Source: Candidatus Geohabitans tengchongensis (GTDB lineage: Bacteria; Sysuimicrobiota; Sysuimicrobiia; Sysuimicrobiales; Humicultoraceae). Taken from it: a stretch of 64,000 nt of DNA. Shown here piece after piece: positions 46,654 through 58,343 of this stretch. The notes under the pieces are model-generated. The model had not been told where the DNA came from. It saw only the letters and a program-made list of their open reading frames with translations, and searched no databases. The position numbers and the translations under genes are program-made. The stretch's first letter is position 1; every line of letters starts with the position of its first letter. The DNA is taken from the NCBI GenBank assembly GCA_031459625.1, contig JAVKIH010000010.1, forward strand, positions 21,347 through 85,346, given 5' to 3'.

Positions 46654-47688
46654 TCAGGGGACGAAGCCCGACGGCGGGTCGGTGTAGACGTCGCGGGTGA
46701 GCTCCTCGGGGTCCGGGGCGGGGCTCTCCTCGGCGAAGCGGACCGCCTCGGCCACCTGGGCCTCCGCCTCCTGGCCGATCGCGGCCACCTGCGCGTCGTC
46801 GAGCAACCCGGCCTCGCGCAGCCGCCGCTCCAGCAGCAGGATGGGGTCGCGCTGTTTCCAGCGCTCCACCTCCTCGCGGGTGCGGTAGGGCTGGAAGAGG
46901 TCGGCCGCCCCGTGGCCGGCAAACCGGTAGGTCAGGCATTCCACCGCGTAGGGGGCGCCGCGCTCCCGCACCTGGCGGACGACGCGCTGGGCGGTCTCGT
47001 GCACCGTGAGGAGGTCCTGTCCGTCGATGCGCTCGCTGGGGATGCCGTAGGCATCGAACTTGCGGGCGAGCTCCGTGACGACGGTGGAGCGCTCCACCGA
47101 GGTGCCCATGGCGTACTGGTTGTTCTCGACGACGTAGACGATCGGGCAGAGCCCCTCGCGGCCCCACAGGGCGGCCATGTTCACCGGCTCGTGGAAGGAC
47201 CCGGAGTGCATCGCCCCGTCGCCGAGGAAGCACAGGCAGATCCGGTCGGTGCCCAGGTAGCGCAGGGCGTAGGCCGCCCCCGTGGCCAGCGGGATGTGCC
47301 CGCCGACGATCCCGTACCCGCCGTAGAACCCGCGGGCCACGTCGAAGATGTGCATCGATCCGCCCTTGCCCTTGGCCACGCCCGTGACCTTGCCGAAGAG
47401 CTCGGCCATGATGCGGCGCGGCTCCGTGCCGCGGAAGATGGCGTGGGCGTGGTCGCGGTAGGCGGTGAAGAAGATGTCGTCGGCCCGCAGCGCCGCCAGC
47501 CACCCCGCCGCCACCGCCTCCTGGCCGTTGTAGAGGTGCAGGTAGCCGCCGACCTTCCCCCGCCGGAAGGCCCGTTCCGCCTCCTCCTCGAAGCGCCGGG
47601 CCAGGACCATCAGCCGGTACCAGGGCAGGTAGGTGGCGAGCTCCTCGCCGGGGCGCGCAGGGGCGGCTTCCCGCTTCACCGTCGCCAT
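46654..47688 (-). CDS. pdhA: Pyruvate dehydrogenase E1 alpha
   Basis: HLYNGQEA, GKGGSMH, GDGA...ENN, YRFAGH. Confidence 0.92.
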   Translation of the reverse strand: MATVKREAAPARPGEELATYLPWYRLMVLARRFEEEAERAFRRGKVGGYLHLYNGQEAVAAGWLAALRADDIFFTAYRDHAHAIFRGTEPRRIMAELFGKVTGVAKGKGGSMHIFDVARGFYGGYGIVGGHIPLATGAAYALRYLGTDRICLCFLGDGAMHSGSFHEPVNMAALWGREGLCPIVYVVENNQYAMGTSVERSTVVTELARKFDAYGIPSERIDGQDLLTVHETAQRVVRQVRERGAPYAVECLTYRFAGHGAADLFQPYRTREEVERWKQRDPILLLERRLREAGLLDDAQVAAIGQEAEAQVAEAVRFAEESPAPDPEELTRDVYTDPPSGFVP

Positions 47689-47697
47689 GACTTAACA

Positions 47698-47717
47698 ATT
47701 ATATCGGCCGCTATAAT
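47698..47717. promoter_or_regulatory. Bidirectional promoter, two back-to-back TATAAT boxes
   Basis: ATTATA-TCGGCCGC-TATAAT in the 37-bp gap between divergent ATGs. Confidence 0.85.
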
Positions 47718-47725
47718 GGCGGCAA

Positions 47726-48790
47726 ATGTCCGGCACACCTCCCCGCGAGGCTGCGGACGGTCCCGGGGCCGCCGGGGTGCCCGCCGCCCTGCGCGCCCTG
47801 CCCAAGGTGGAGCTCCACCTCCACCTGGAGACCTCGCTGCGCTTGCGCCGGCTGGCTGAGCGCTCGCCCGACGCCGGCGACCGCCTCGGGGCCCCGCACC
47901 TCGTGGCCGACCCGGCCGCCTTCACCGGCTACGACCGGCTGCGCCGCCTGCGCTATGCCGGCCGCGCCGGCCGCATCCCCGACGCCCTCTACACCCCGGC
48001 CAACCTGCGGCAGATCACCGCCGAGCTGCTGGCGGAGTGCGCGGCCCAGGGGGTGCGCCACGTGGAGGTGCGGGTGGGCGGCCGGCGGGCCTTCGCCGCG
48101 CTGGGGGTGCGCGGGGTGCTGGAGGCCATGGCCGAGGCGGCGCAGGCCGCGCGGCCGGCGCTGGGGATCAGCGCGGGGCTGATCGTGACCCTCGTGCGCG
48201 AGCGCGGACCGGCAGAGGCCGAGCGGGTCGTGCGGGAGGCGGTGGCCTGCCGCGACTGCGGGGTGGTGGGGGTCGACCTGGCCGGGGACGAGGCCAACTT
48301 CCCGCCGGCGATGTTCCGGGCGGCTATCGACCGGGCGCGCGAGGCCGGGCTCGGCGTCACCGTGCACGCCGGGGAGTTCACCGGCCCGGCCAGCATCTGG
48401 ACCGCCCTCTACCACCTGGGGGCGCAGCGCATCGGCCACGGCCTGCGGGCGGTCGAGGACCCCGAGCTCCTGGCCTACCTGCGGGAGCACCGCATCACCC
48501 TGGAGGTGTGCCCGACGAGCAACGTCCGGCTGGGGCTCGTCCCCTCGCTGGAGCGCCACCCCCTGCGCACCTTCCTGGAGGCCGGGGTCCCGGTGACGGT
48601 GAGCAGCGACGACCCGCTGCTGCTGCACACCGACCTGACCCGGGAGCTGTGGGCGGTGCAGCGGACCTGCGGGCTCACCCTCGACGACCTGGGCGGCCTG
48701 ATGGCCACAGCCGCCCGGGCGGCCTTCCTGCCGCCGGCTGCCCGGGCGGCGCTCCTGCGTGCGTGGCCGCGGGGGGTCGAGGTCGTTTGA
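47726..48790 (+). CDS. add: Adenosine/adenine deaminase
   Basis: PKVELHLHLE, HAGE, RIGHG, CPTSN, SDDP. Confidence 0.88.
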   Translation: MSGTPPREAADGPGAAGVPAALRALPKVELHLHLETSLRLRRLAERSPDAGDRLGAPHLVADPAAFTGYDRLRRLRYAGRAGRIPDALYTPANLRQITAELLAECAAQGVRHVEVRVGGRRAFAALGVRGVLEAMAEAAQAARPALGISAGLIVTLVRERGPAEAERVVREAVACRDCGVVGVDLAGDEANFPPAMFRAAIDRAREAGLGVTVHAGEFTGPASIWTALYHLGAQRIGHGLRAVEDPELLAYLREHRITLEVCPTSNVRLGLVPSLERHPLRTFLEAGVPVTVSSDDPLLLHTDLTRELWAVQRTCGLTLDDLGGLMATAARAAFLPPAARAALLRAWPRGVEVV

Positions 48791-48815
48791 CGCCCCACGC
48801 AGCTCGCCGTAGAAT
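48787..48815 (+). promoter_or_regulatory. Sigma70-type suf promoter TTGACG-N17-TAGAAT
   Basis: -35 at 48787-48792, -10 at 48810-48815. Confidence 0.8.
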
Positions 48816-48862
48816 GATTGTTGAGTGATTTCATTAAGAATTGTTGGGCAGCCGGAGGCTCC

Positions 48863-49687
48863 ATGCCCGACCTGGAGATTCGCGACCTGCACGTCCAGGT
48901 GGAGGACCGGGTGATCCTCAAGGGAGTCACCCTCACCGTCAACCGGGGCGAGATCCACGCGCTCATGGGCCCCAACGGCTCGGGGAAGTCCACCCTGGCC
49001 AACGTCCTCATGGGCAACCCCTTCTACCAGGTGGTGCGCGGGGACGTCTTCTACAAGGGGGAGGACCTCCTGGCCATGGCCCCGGACGAGCGGGCCCGGA
49101 AGGGCCTCTTCATCGCCTTCCAGTACCCCGTGGCCATCCCCGGCGTGACCATGGCCTCCTTCCTGCGCACGGCCGTGAGCGCCCGCCGAGGCTACGAGCA
49201 GGAGCTCATGCCGGTGGGGGAGTTCCAAAAGCTCCTCCGCCAGAAGATCGCCGAGCTGCGCATCGACCCCAGCATCGCCGGCCGCTACATCAACGAGGGC
49301 TTCAGCGGCGGGGAGAAGAAGCGGGCGGAGATCCTGCAGATGGCCCTGCTCGAGCCGGAGATCGCCATCATGGACGAGACCGACTCCGGCCTGGACATCG
49401 ACTCGGTGAAGGTGGTGGCGGACGGCGTCAACCGCATGTACGAGCAGCTGGGGCTGGGGCTGGTCGTCATCACCCACTACTCCCGCATCCTCCACTACAT
49501 CCGTCCCCACCACGTCCACGTGATGTTCGACGGGCGGCTGGTGGTCTCGGGCGGCCCGGAGCTGGCGGAGGAGCTGGAGCAGAAGGGCTACGAGGGCATC
49601 AAGTCCCAGGTGGAGGTGGTGGCGGCGGAGGTCCAGGAGTCGGGCGCCGTCCGCCGCGCGGGCAAAGTCTTCTGGGTGGTACACTGA
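48863..49687 (+). CDS. sufC: Fe-S assembly ATPase
   Basis: GPNGSGKST, FQYP, FSGGEKKR, DETDSGLD. Confidence 0.95.
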   Translation: MPDLEIRDLHVQVEDRVILKGVTLTVNRGEIHALMGPNGSGKSTLANVLMGNPFYQVVRGDVFYKGEDLLAMAPDERARKGLFIAFQYPVAIPGVTMASFLRTAVSARRGYEQELMPVGEFQKLLRQKIAELRIDPSIAGRYINEGFSGGEKKRAEILQMALLEPEIAIMDETDSGLDIDSVKVVADGVNRMYEQLGLGLVVITHYSRILHYIRPHHVHVMFDGRLVVSGGPELAEELEQKGYEGIKSQVEVVAAEVQESGAVRRAGKVFWVVH

Positions 49688-49691
49688 GGCC

Positions 49692-52112
<2,421 letters not shown>

Positions 52113-52147
52113 GCGCGCATCGGGCGGCGCGGCGTCGCGGACGCGGA

Positions 52148-52182
52148 CAGGAGGCAGGGCGCGACCCGTGTCCTGCCTCCTG
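52148..52182 (+). other. Intercistronic hairpin between sufB and sufD
   Basis: CAGGAGGCAGG...CCTGCCTCCTG 11-bp perfect stem, extendable with G-U pairs. Confidence 0.7.
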
Positions 52183-52205
52183 CGCTGCGAGACGGTTGCG
52201 GGACG

Positions 52206-53618
52206 ATGGAGGAGCGGACGACGGTGACGGAGGCGGGGAGGGCCTGCGGGGCCACGGAGGACCGGCCGGTGACGCTCGCCGGCCTGGGGCCGACGGCCGC
52301 CGCGGCGCTGGGGGAGCGCCTGGGCGAGCCGGGGTGGCTGCGCGACCTGCGCGCGGAGGCCTGGCGCCTGGCCGAGGCGCTGCCGCTCCCGGACCCCGCC
52401 CAGGAGGAGTGGCGGCGCACCGACCTGAGCGGGCTCGACCTGGCGGCCCTGGTGCCGGCGCCGCTCCCCCGCCATGGCGCCGGCATCCCGCGCGTGCTCG
52501 AGGACATCCTCGGCCTGAGCGGCGACGGGGCTGGCGCCCTGGCCGAGGCACACGGCGGGCTGCTGGTCCACCGCGACGCCGGCCCCGTGCGGGCGGCCCT
52601 CGACGCGGCCCTGGCCGCCCGCGGGGTGCGCTTCACCGACCTGGCCACCGCCACGCGCGACCACCCGGATCTCCTGCGCGAGCACCTGCACCGCCTGATC
52701 CGGCCGGAGGAGCTGAAGTTCCGGGCGCTGGGGGCGGCGCTGCGGGGGGCCGGCACCTTCCTCTACGTCCCCCCGGGCGTCGAGGTGACCGTGCCGCTCC
52801 TGGCCGCGGCCTGGCTAGACACGCCCGGGGCGCTCCACAGCCCCCACACGCTGGTGGTGGCCGACCGCGGCAGCGTGGTGACGCTCATCGAGGTGAGCGG
52901 CTCGCTGGGGGTGGAGCGCCAGACCCTGGTCACCCGCACGACGGAACTGGTGGTGGGGGAGGGGGCGCAGGTGCGCCACGTCCTCTTCCAGGAGTGGGGC
53001 GCGGGGGTCTGGGAGGTGGGGGCGGTCCGGGCGCGCTTGGCCCGGGACGCCACCCTGCGCAGCCTGGTCGTGGCCTTCGGGGGCAGCCTGGTGAAGACCG
53101 ACGTGGAGTGCCTGCTGGCCGGCCCCGGCGCCCAGTCGGAGATGCTGGGGGTCTACTTCGGCGCCGACCGGCAGCACGTCGACTTCCACACCCTCCAGGA
53201 GCACCAGGCCCCGCACACCCTCTCCGACCTGCTCTACAAGGGGGCGGTGCAGGACCGCGCCCGCACCGTCTTCGCCGGGCTGATCCGCGTCCACTACGGC
53301 GCCCAGAAGACCAACGCCTTCCAGTCCAACCGCAACCTCATCCTGAACGCCGGGGCGAAGGCGGACAGCATCCCCAAGCTGGAGATCATGGCCAACGACC
53401 TGCGCTGCACCCACGGCTCGGCGACGAGCCGGCTGCACGAGGAGCACCTCTTCTACCTGATGAGCCGGGGGCTCACCCGCCCCCGGGCGGTGCGCATGGT
53501 GGTGGACGGCTTCTTCGCCGAGGTGCTGGACCGCATCCCGCTGGAGCGCCTGCGCGCCCGCGTCCACGAGGGCATCGCCGCCCGGCTGGCCCGGCGGCAG
53601 GAGGACGCCGCGGCATGA
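52206..53618 (+). CDS. sufD: Fe-S assembly protein SufD
   Basis: EEWRRT, DSIPKLEI, CTHGS, FYLMSRG. Confidence 0.93.
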   Translation: MEERTTVTEAGRACGATEDRPVTLAGLGPTAAAALGERLGEPGWLRDLRAEAWRLAEALPLPDPAQEEWRRTDLSGLDLAALVPAPLPRHGAGIPRVLEDILGLSGDGAGALAEAHGGLLVHRDAGPVRAALDAALAARGVRFTDLATATRDHPDLLREHLHRLIRPEELKFRALGAALRGAGTFLYVPPGVEVTVPLLAAAWLDTPGALHSPHTLVVADRGSVVTLIEVSGSLGVERQTLVTRTTELVVGEGAQVRHVLFQEWGAGVWEVGAVRARLARDATLRSLVVAFGGSLVKTDVECLLAGPGAQSEMLGVYFGADRQHVDFHTLQEHQAPHTLSDLLYKGAVQDRARTVFAGLIRVHYGAQKTNAFQSNRNLILNAGAKADSIPKLEIMANDLRCTHGSATSRLHEEHLFYLMSRGLTRPRAVRMVVDGFFAEVLDRIPLERLRARVHEGIAARLARRQEDAAA

Positions 53619-53637
53619 CCGAGGGGGCCGGGCCGGC

Positions 53638-54003
53638 ATGACCGAGGGGGCCGTGTCGGAGGAGCGGTTCGTCCGGGTGGCCTCCCTGGCGGAGCTGCCC
53701 CCGGGGACGGCGAAGCGGGTGTTCCTGGACGGCTACCGCATCGCGCTCTTCAACGTCGGCGGCACGGTCTACGCCATCGACGACACCTGTACCCACGAGG
53801 ACGCCTCCCTGGCCGAGGGTGCGCTGTCCGGCGAGATCGTGGCCTGTCCCAAGCACGGCTCGCGCTTCCACATCCCCACGGGGCGGGTGCTGTCGCTGCC
53901 GGCCGTCCGGCCGGTGCGCACCTACCCCGTGCGGGTCGAGGGGACGGAGGTGCTGGTGGCGCCGGCGCCGCGGCAGGGCGTCGGGTTGCCCCACCGGCGG
54001 TGA
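53638..54003 (+). CDS. Rieske-type ferredoxin
   Basis: CTH...CPKHGS. Confidence 0.9.
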   Translation: MTEGAVSEERFVRVASLAELPPGTAKRVFLDGYRIALFNVGGTVYAIDDTCTHEDASLAEGALSGEIVACPKHGSRFHIPTGRVLSLPAVRPVRTYPVRVEGTEVLVAPAPRQGVGLPHRR

Positions 54004-54016
54004 GGAGCGACGACCC

Positions 54017-55261
54017 ATGATCCCGCCCCGCGTGCGCGAGGACTTCCCCCTCCTGCGGCAGCGCATGCACGGCAAACCGCTCATCTACCTGGACAGCGCC
54101 GCCACCTCGCAGAAGCCGCAGGTCGTGCTGGACGCCCTGCGCACGTACTACGAGACCATCAACGCCAATGTCCACCGGGGCATCTACGCCATCGCCGAGG
54201 CGGCCACGGAGCGCTACGAGGCCGCGCGCGCCCGCGTCGCCGCCTTCATCGGTGCCGCCCGGCCCGAGGAGGTCGTCTTCACCCGCGGCACCACCGAGGC
54301 CATCAACCTGGTGGCCTACGCCTGGGGTCGCGCCAACGTGGGCCCGGGGGACGAGATCCTCCTCACGGAGATGGAGCACCACAGCAACCTGGTGCCCTGG
54401 CAGTTGCTCGCAGCCGAACGGCACGTTCGGCTGCGCTTTGTCCCCTTCGACGAGCAGGGACGCCTGGTGCTGGACGCCTTCGACCGCCTGCTCAGCGAAC
54501 GGACCCGGCTCGTGGCCGTGACCCACCAGTCCAACGTGCTCGGCACCATCAACCCCGTGGCGGAGATCGCCCGGCGCGCCCACCGGGTCGGGGCGCTGGT
54601 GCTGGTGGACGGGGCCCAGAGCGTCCCGCACATGCCGGTGGACGTCCGCCAGCTCGGGTGCGACTTCCTGGCCTTCTCCGCCCACAAGATGTGCGGGCCG
54701 ACCGGGGCGGGGGCCCTGTGGGCGCGCTACGAGCTGCTGGAGGCCATGCCCCCCTTCCACGGGGGCGGCGAGATGATCATGCTGGTGCAGCTAGAGCGCT
54801 CCACCTACAAGGACCCGCCGCACAAGTTCGAGGCGGGGACGCCCAACATCGCCGACTGCATCGCCTGGGCCACCGCCATCGACTACCTGGAGGGGGTGGG
54901 CATGGCGGCCATCCGCGCCCACGAGCGCGAGCTCACCGCCTACGCCCTGGGGCAGCTGCGCGAGGTGGAGGGGCTGCGCCTCTTCGGCCCGGAGCGCGTG
55001 GAGGAGCGCGGCGGGGCCATCGCCTTCGACCTGGCCGGCGTCCACCCCCACGACGTGGCCCAGGTGCTCGACCAGGAGGGCATCGCCGTGCGCGCCGGGC
55101 ACCACTGCGCCCAGCCGCTCCACCGCCGGCTCAACCTGCCGGCCACGGTGCGGGCCAGCCTCTACCTGTACAATACGCCGGAGGACATCGACGCCCTGGT
55201 GCGCGGGCTGGAGACGGTGCGCCGCCTCTTCCCGGCGCCCCGGGCCCCGGTGAGCGGCTGA
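54017..55261 (+). CDS. sufS: Cysteine desulfurase
   Basis: YLDSAATSQKP, FSAHKM, RAGHHCAQP. Confidence 0.96.
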   Translation: MIPPRVREDFPLLRQRMHGKPLIYLDSAATSQKPQVVLDALRTYYETINANVHRGIYAIAEAATERYEAARARVAAFIGAARPEEVVFTRGTTEAINLVAYAWGRANVGPGDEILLTEMEHHSNLVPWQLLAAERHVRLRFVPFDEQGRLVLDAFDRLLSERTRLVAVTHQSNVLGTINPVAEIARRAHRVGALVLVDGAQSVPHMPVDVRQLGCDFLAFSAHKMCGPTGAGALWARYELLEAMPPFHGGGEMIMLVQLERSTYKDPPHKFEAGTPNIADCIAWATAIDYLEGVGMAAIRAHERELTAYALGQLREVEGLRLFGPERVEERGGAIAFDLAGVHPHDVAQVLDQEGIAVRAGHHCAQPLHRRLNLPATVRASLYLYNTPEDIDALVRGLETVRRLFPAPRAPVSG

Positions 55262-55725
55262 TGGGCCTGGAGGACCTCTACCGCGAGATCATCCTCGACC
55301 ACTACAGCCGCCCGCGCAACCGCGGCCGGCTCGAGCCGGCCGACATCGTGGTCGAGGGGGCCAACCCCCTGTGCGGCGACGAGCTGGCCCTCACGGTGCG
55401 CGTGGCGGACGGGCGCATCAGCGAGGTGCGCTTCGAGGGGCGCGGCTGCTCCATCAGCCAGGCGTCCGCCTCGATGATGACCGAGGAGCTGCGGGGGAAA
55501 ACCCTGGAGGAGGCGCGGGCGCTGGTGGCGGCCTTCCGGGCGATGATGCAGGGGCAGCCCTCCGCGCTGGACGCCACCGACCTGGCCGCGCTGCAGGGGG
55601 TGCGCAAGTTTCCCGTGCGGGTGAAGTGCGCCACGCTGGCCTGGGTGGCCATCGACCAGGGGATCCACGAGTACCAGCAGGGGCGGCAGACCGCCCGCGC
55701 CACCACCGAGGGGCCGGAGGGGTGA
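55261..55725 (+). CDS. sufU: SufU/IscU-type scaffold
   Basis: LYREIILDH, NPLCGD, GCSISQAS, RVKCA. Confidence 0.94.
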   Translation: MGLEDLYREIILDHYSRPRNRGRLEPADIVVEGANPLCGDELALTVRVADGRISEVRFEGRGCSISQASASMMTEELRGKTLEEARALVAAFRAMMQGQPSALDATDLAALQGVRKFPVRVKCATLAWVAIDQGIHEYQQGRQTARATTEGPEG

Positions 55726-55729
55726 GGCG

Positions 55730-57640
55730 GTGAGCGGCTCCCGCGGCTGGGCCGAGGAGGCCCGCGCCCTGGCCCGGCAGCTGCGCGTCGACGCCATCCG
55801 CATGACCGCCCGCGCCGGCTCGGGGCACCCCACCTCGGCGCTCTCCGCGGCGGAGCTGGCGGCGGTGCTCCTGCTGCGCCACTTCCGCTACGACGTGCGC
55901 CACCCCGAGCGGGCCACCAACGACCGGCTGATCTTCTCCAAGGGCCACGCCACGCCGCTGCTCTACAGCCTGCTCAAGGCCGCCGGCGCCATCAGCGACG
56001 AGGAGCTCCTGACCTACCGCCAGCCCGGCAGCCGCCTCCAGGGACACCCGGTCCCGGTGCTGCCCTGGGTGGACGTGGCCACCGGCTCGCTGGGGCAGGG
56101 GCTGCCCGTCGCGGTGGGGATCGCGCTGGCCGGCCGCTACCTGGACCGCCTCCCCTACCGGGTCTGGGTGCTGCACGGGGACAGCGAGACCTCGGAGGGG
56201 TCGGTCTGGGAGGCGGTGGAGCACGCCGCCCACTACCGCCTGGACAACCTGATCGTCATCCTCGACGTCAACCGGCTCGGACAGCGCGGGGAGACGATGC
56301 TGGGGTGGAACCTGGAGGCCTACGCCGAGCGCGTCCGCGCCTTCGGCTGGCGGGCGATCCTCACCGACGGCCACGACGTCGAGGCCATCGACCGGGCCTA
56401 CCAGGACGCCGTCGACGGCATCGGCAGCGGGCGCCCCGCCATGGTCATCGCCCGGACGGTCAAAGGGCGCGGGGTCTCCTTCATGGAGGACCGCGACGGA
56501 TGGCACGGCAAGGCGCCGAAACCCGACGAGGCGGAGCGCGCCATCGCCGAGCTGGGCGGTCCCGCCGACCCCCCCATCGTGGTCGCGGTGGCCCCGCCCC
56601 CCGACGGCGCGCCGGCCCCGCCGCCGCCCGCCGCCCCACTGGCCCTGCCGGCCTACGAGGTGGGCCAGCCGGTGGCCACGCGCAAGGCCTACGGCGACGC
56701 GCTGCGGGCGGTGGGGGCGGCCGACCCGCGGGTGGTGGCCCTCGACGGCGAGGTGAACAACTCTACCTACGCCGAGGAGTTCGCCCGCGCCCACCCGGAG
56801 CGCTACTTCGAGATGTACATCGCCGAGCAGCAGATGATCGCCGCGGCGGTGGGGCTGCAGGTGCGCGGCTACAAGCCCTTCGCCTCGACCTTCGCCGCCT
56901 TCCTGACGCGCGCCTACGACTTCATCCGCATGGCCGCCATCTCCCGCGCCCACCTGCGCCTGTGCGGGTCCCACGCCGGGGTCTCCATCGGGGAGGACGG
57001 GCCCTCCCAGATGGGGCTGGAGGACCTGGCCATGATGCGCGCCGTCTTCGGCGCCACGGTGCTCTACCCGTGCGATGCCAACCAGACCGCCGCCCTGGTG
57101 GCGGAGATGGCCGGGCGGCCGGGCATCGTCTACCTGCGCACGACGCGCCTGGCCACGCCGGTGATCTACCGGCCGGGGGAGCGCTTCCCGGTGGGCGGCT
57201 CCCGGGTGCTGCGGCGCACCGACCGCGACCGGGTGACGGTGGTGGCCGCGGGCGTCACGGTGCACGAGGCCCTGCGCGCGGCCGACCGGCTGGCCCAGGA
57301 GGGGATCGCGGTGCGGGTGATCGACGCCTACTCGGTGCAGCCGCTGGACGCGGGGACGGTGCGCGAGGCGGTGCGGGCCACCGGCGGCCGGCTGGTGGTG
57401 GCCGAGGACCACTACCCGCAGGGCGGCCTGGGCGAGGCGGTGCTCAGCGCGCTCACCGAGCCGGAGGCGGATATTGGCCTCCCCCTCCAGGTGCGCCATC
57501 TGGCCGTGCGCAGGATGCCCGGCTCGGCTCCGCCGGCGGTCCAGCTGGCCGAGGCGGGCATCGACGCCGCGCACATCGCCGAGGCGGTGCGGGCCCTGGC
57601 CGCCGTCCCCGTGGAGTCCCCGCGCGCCGGCCGCAGCTGA
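55730..57640 (+). CDS. tkt: Transketolase
   Basis: SGHPTS, SKGHA, TGSLGQG, GWHGK, IAEQ, GEDGPSQ. Confidence 0.94.
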   Translation: MSGSRGWAEEARALARQLRVDAIRMTARAGSGHPTSALSAAELAAVLLLRHFRYDVRHPERATNDRLIFSKGHATPLLYSLLKAAGAISDEELLTYRQPGSRLQGHPVPVLPWVDVATGSLGQGLPVAVGIALAGRYLDRLPYRVWVLHGDSETSEGSVWEAVEHAAHYRLDNLIVILDVNRLGQRGETMLGWNLEAYAERVRAFGWRAILTDGHDVEAIDRAYQDAVDGIGSGRPAMVIARTVKGRGVSFMEDRDGWHGKAPKPDEAERAIAELGGPADPPIVVAVAPPPDGAPAPPPPAAPLALPAYEVGQPVATRKAYGDALRAVGAADPRVVALDGEVNNSTYAEEFARAHPERYFEMYIAEQQMIAAAVGLQVRGYKPFASTFAAFLTRAYDFIRMAAISRAHLRLCGSHAGVSIGEDGPSQMGLEDLAMMRAVFGATVLYPCDANQTAALVAEMAGRPGIVYLRTTRLATPVIYRPGERFPVGGSRVLRRTDRDRVTVVAAGVTVHEALRAADRLAQEGIAVRVIDAYSVQPLDAGTVREAVRATGGRLVVAEDHYPQGGLGEAVLSALTEPEADIGLPLQVRHLAVRRMPGSAPPAVQLAEAGIDAAHIAEAVRALAAVPVESPRAGRS

Positions 57641-57653
57641 AGCCCTCGGGCGT

Positions 57654-57682
57654 TTGACCCCTCAGGGGCCCGATGCTAGGAT
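57654..57682 (+). promoter_or_regulatory. Promoter TTGACC-N17-TAGGAT with extended -10 TG
   Basis: Upstream of nuoB. Confidence 0.75.
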
Positions 57683-57727
57683 TTGGCTGGCTTTCAGCCA
57701 GCACACCGTGTGACTGAGGTCATCTCG

Positions 57728-58315
57728 ATGGCCGACGCACCGCCGGAGATGGAGCGCACGCCCCCCGCCGTCCGCCCCAGCGGCCTGGCGCCCCTCGACC
57801 GCCTGATCGAGGTCGTGGACGTCCTGCCCGGGGGAAGCGTCCTGCTGACCAGCGTGGAGGCGGTGCTCAACTGGGGGCGGGCGGCCAGCCTCTGGCCGCT
57901 GACCTTCGGCCTGGCCTGCTGCGCCATCGAGATGATGGCGGCCTTCGCCGGCCGCTTCGACTTCGACCGCATCGGGGTGATCCCGCGGGCCACCCCGCGT
58001 CAGGCCGACCTCATCCTGGTCTCCGGGCGGGCCACCATCAAGATGGCCCCGATCATCCGCCGCCTGTGGGAGCAGATGCCCGAGCCCAAGTACGTCATCT
58101 CCATGGGCTCCTGCGCCACCTGCGGCGGCCCCTTCTACTACGACAACTACTCCATCCTCAAGGGCGTCGACACGGTCATCCCCGTGGACGTCTACGTCCC
58201 CGGCTGCCCGCCCCGGCCGGAGGCGCTCTACGAGGGGGTGCTGAAGCTCCAGGAGAAGATCCGCCGCGAGCCCTTCCTGCGGCGCCGCGCCGGGCTGGCC
58301 GCCCCGGCCGGCTGA
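57728..58315 (+). CDS. nuoB: Complex I subunit B
   Basis: [27 protein letters not shown]. Confidence 0.93.
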   Translation: MADAPPEMERTPPAVRPSGLAPLDRLIEVVDVLPGGSVLLTSVEAVLNWGRAASLWPLTFGLACCAIEMMAAFAGRFDFDRIGVIPRATPRQADLILVSGRATIKMAPIIRRLWEQMPEPKYVISMGSCATCGGPFYYDNYSILKGVDTVIPVDVYVPGCPPRPEALYEGVLKLQEKIRREPFLRRRAGLAAPAG

Positions 58316-58343
58316 GCGCCATGGCGCTGCGCACCTGATCGCC

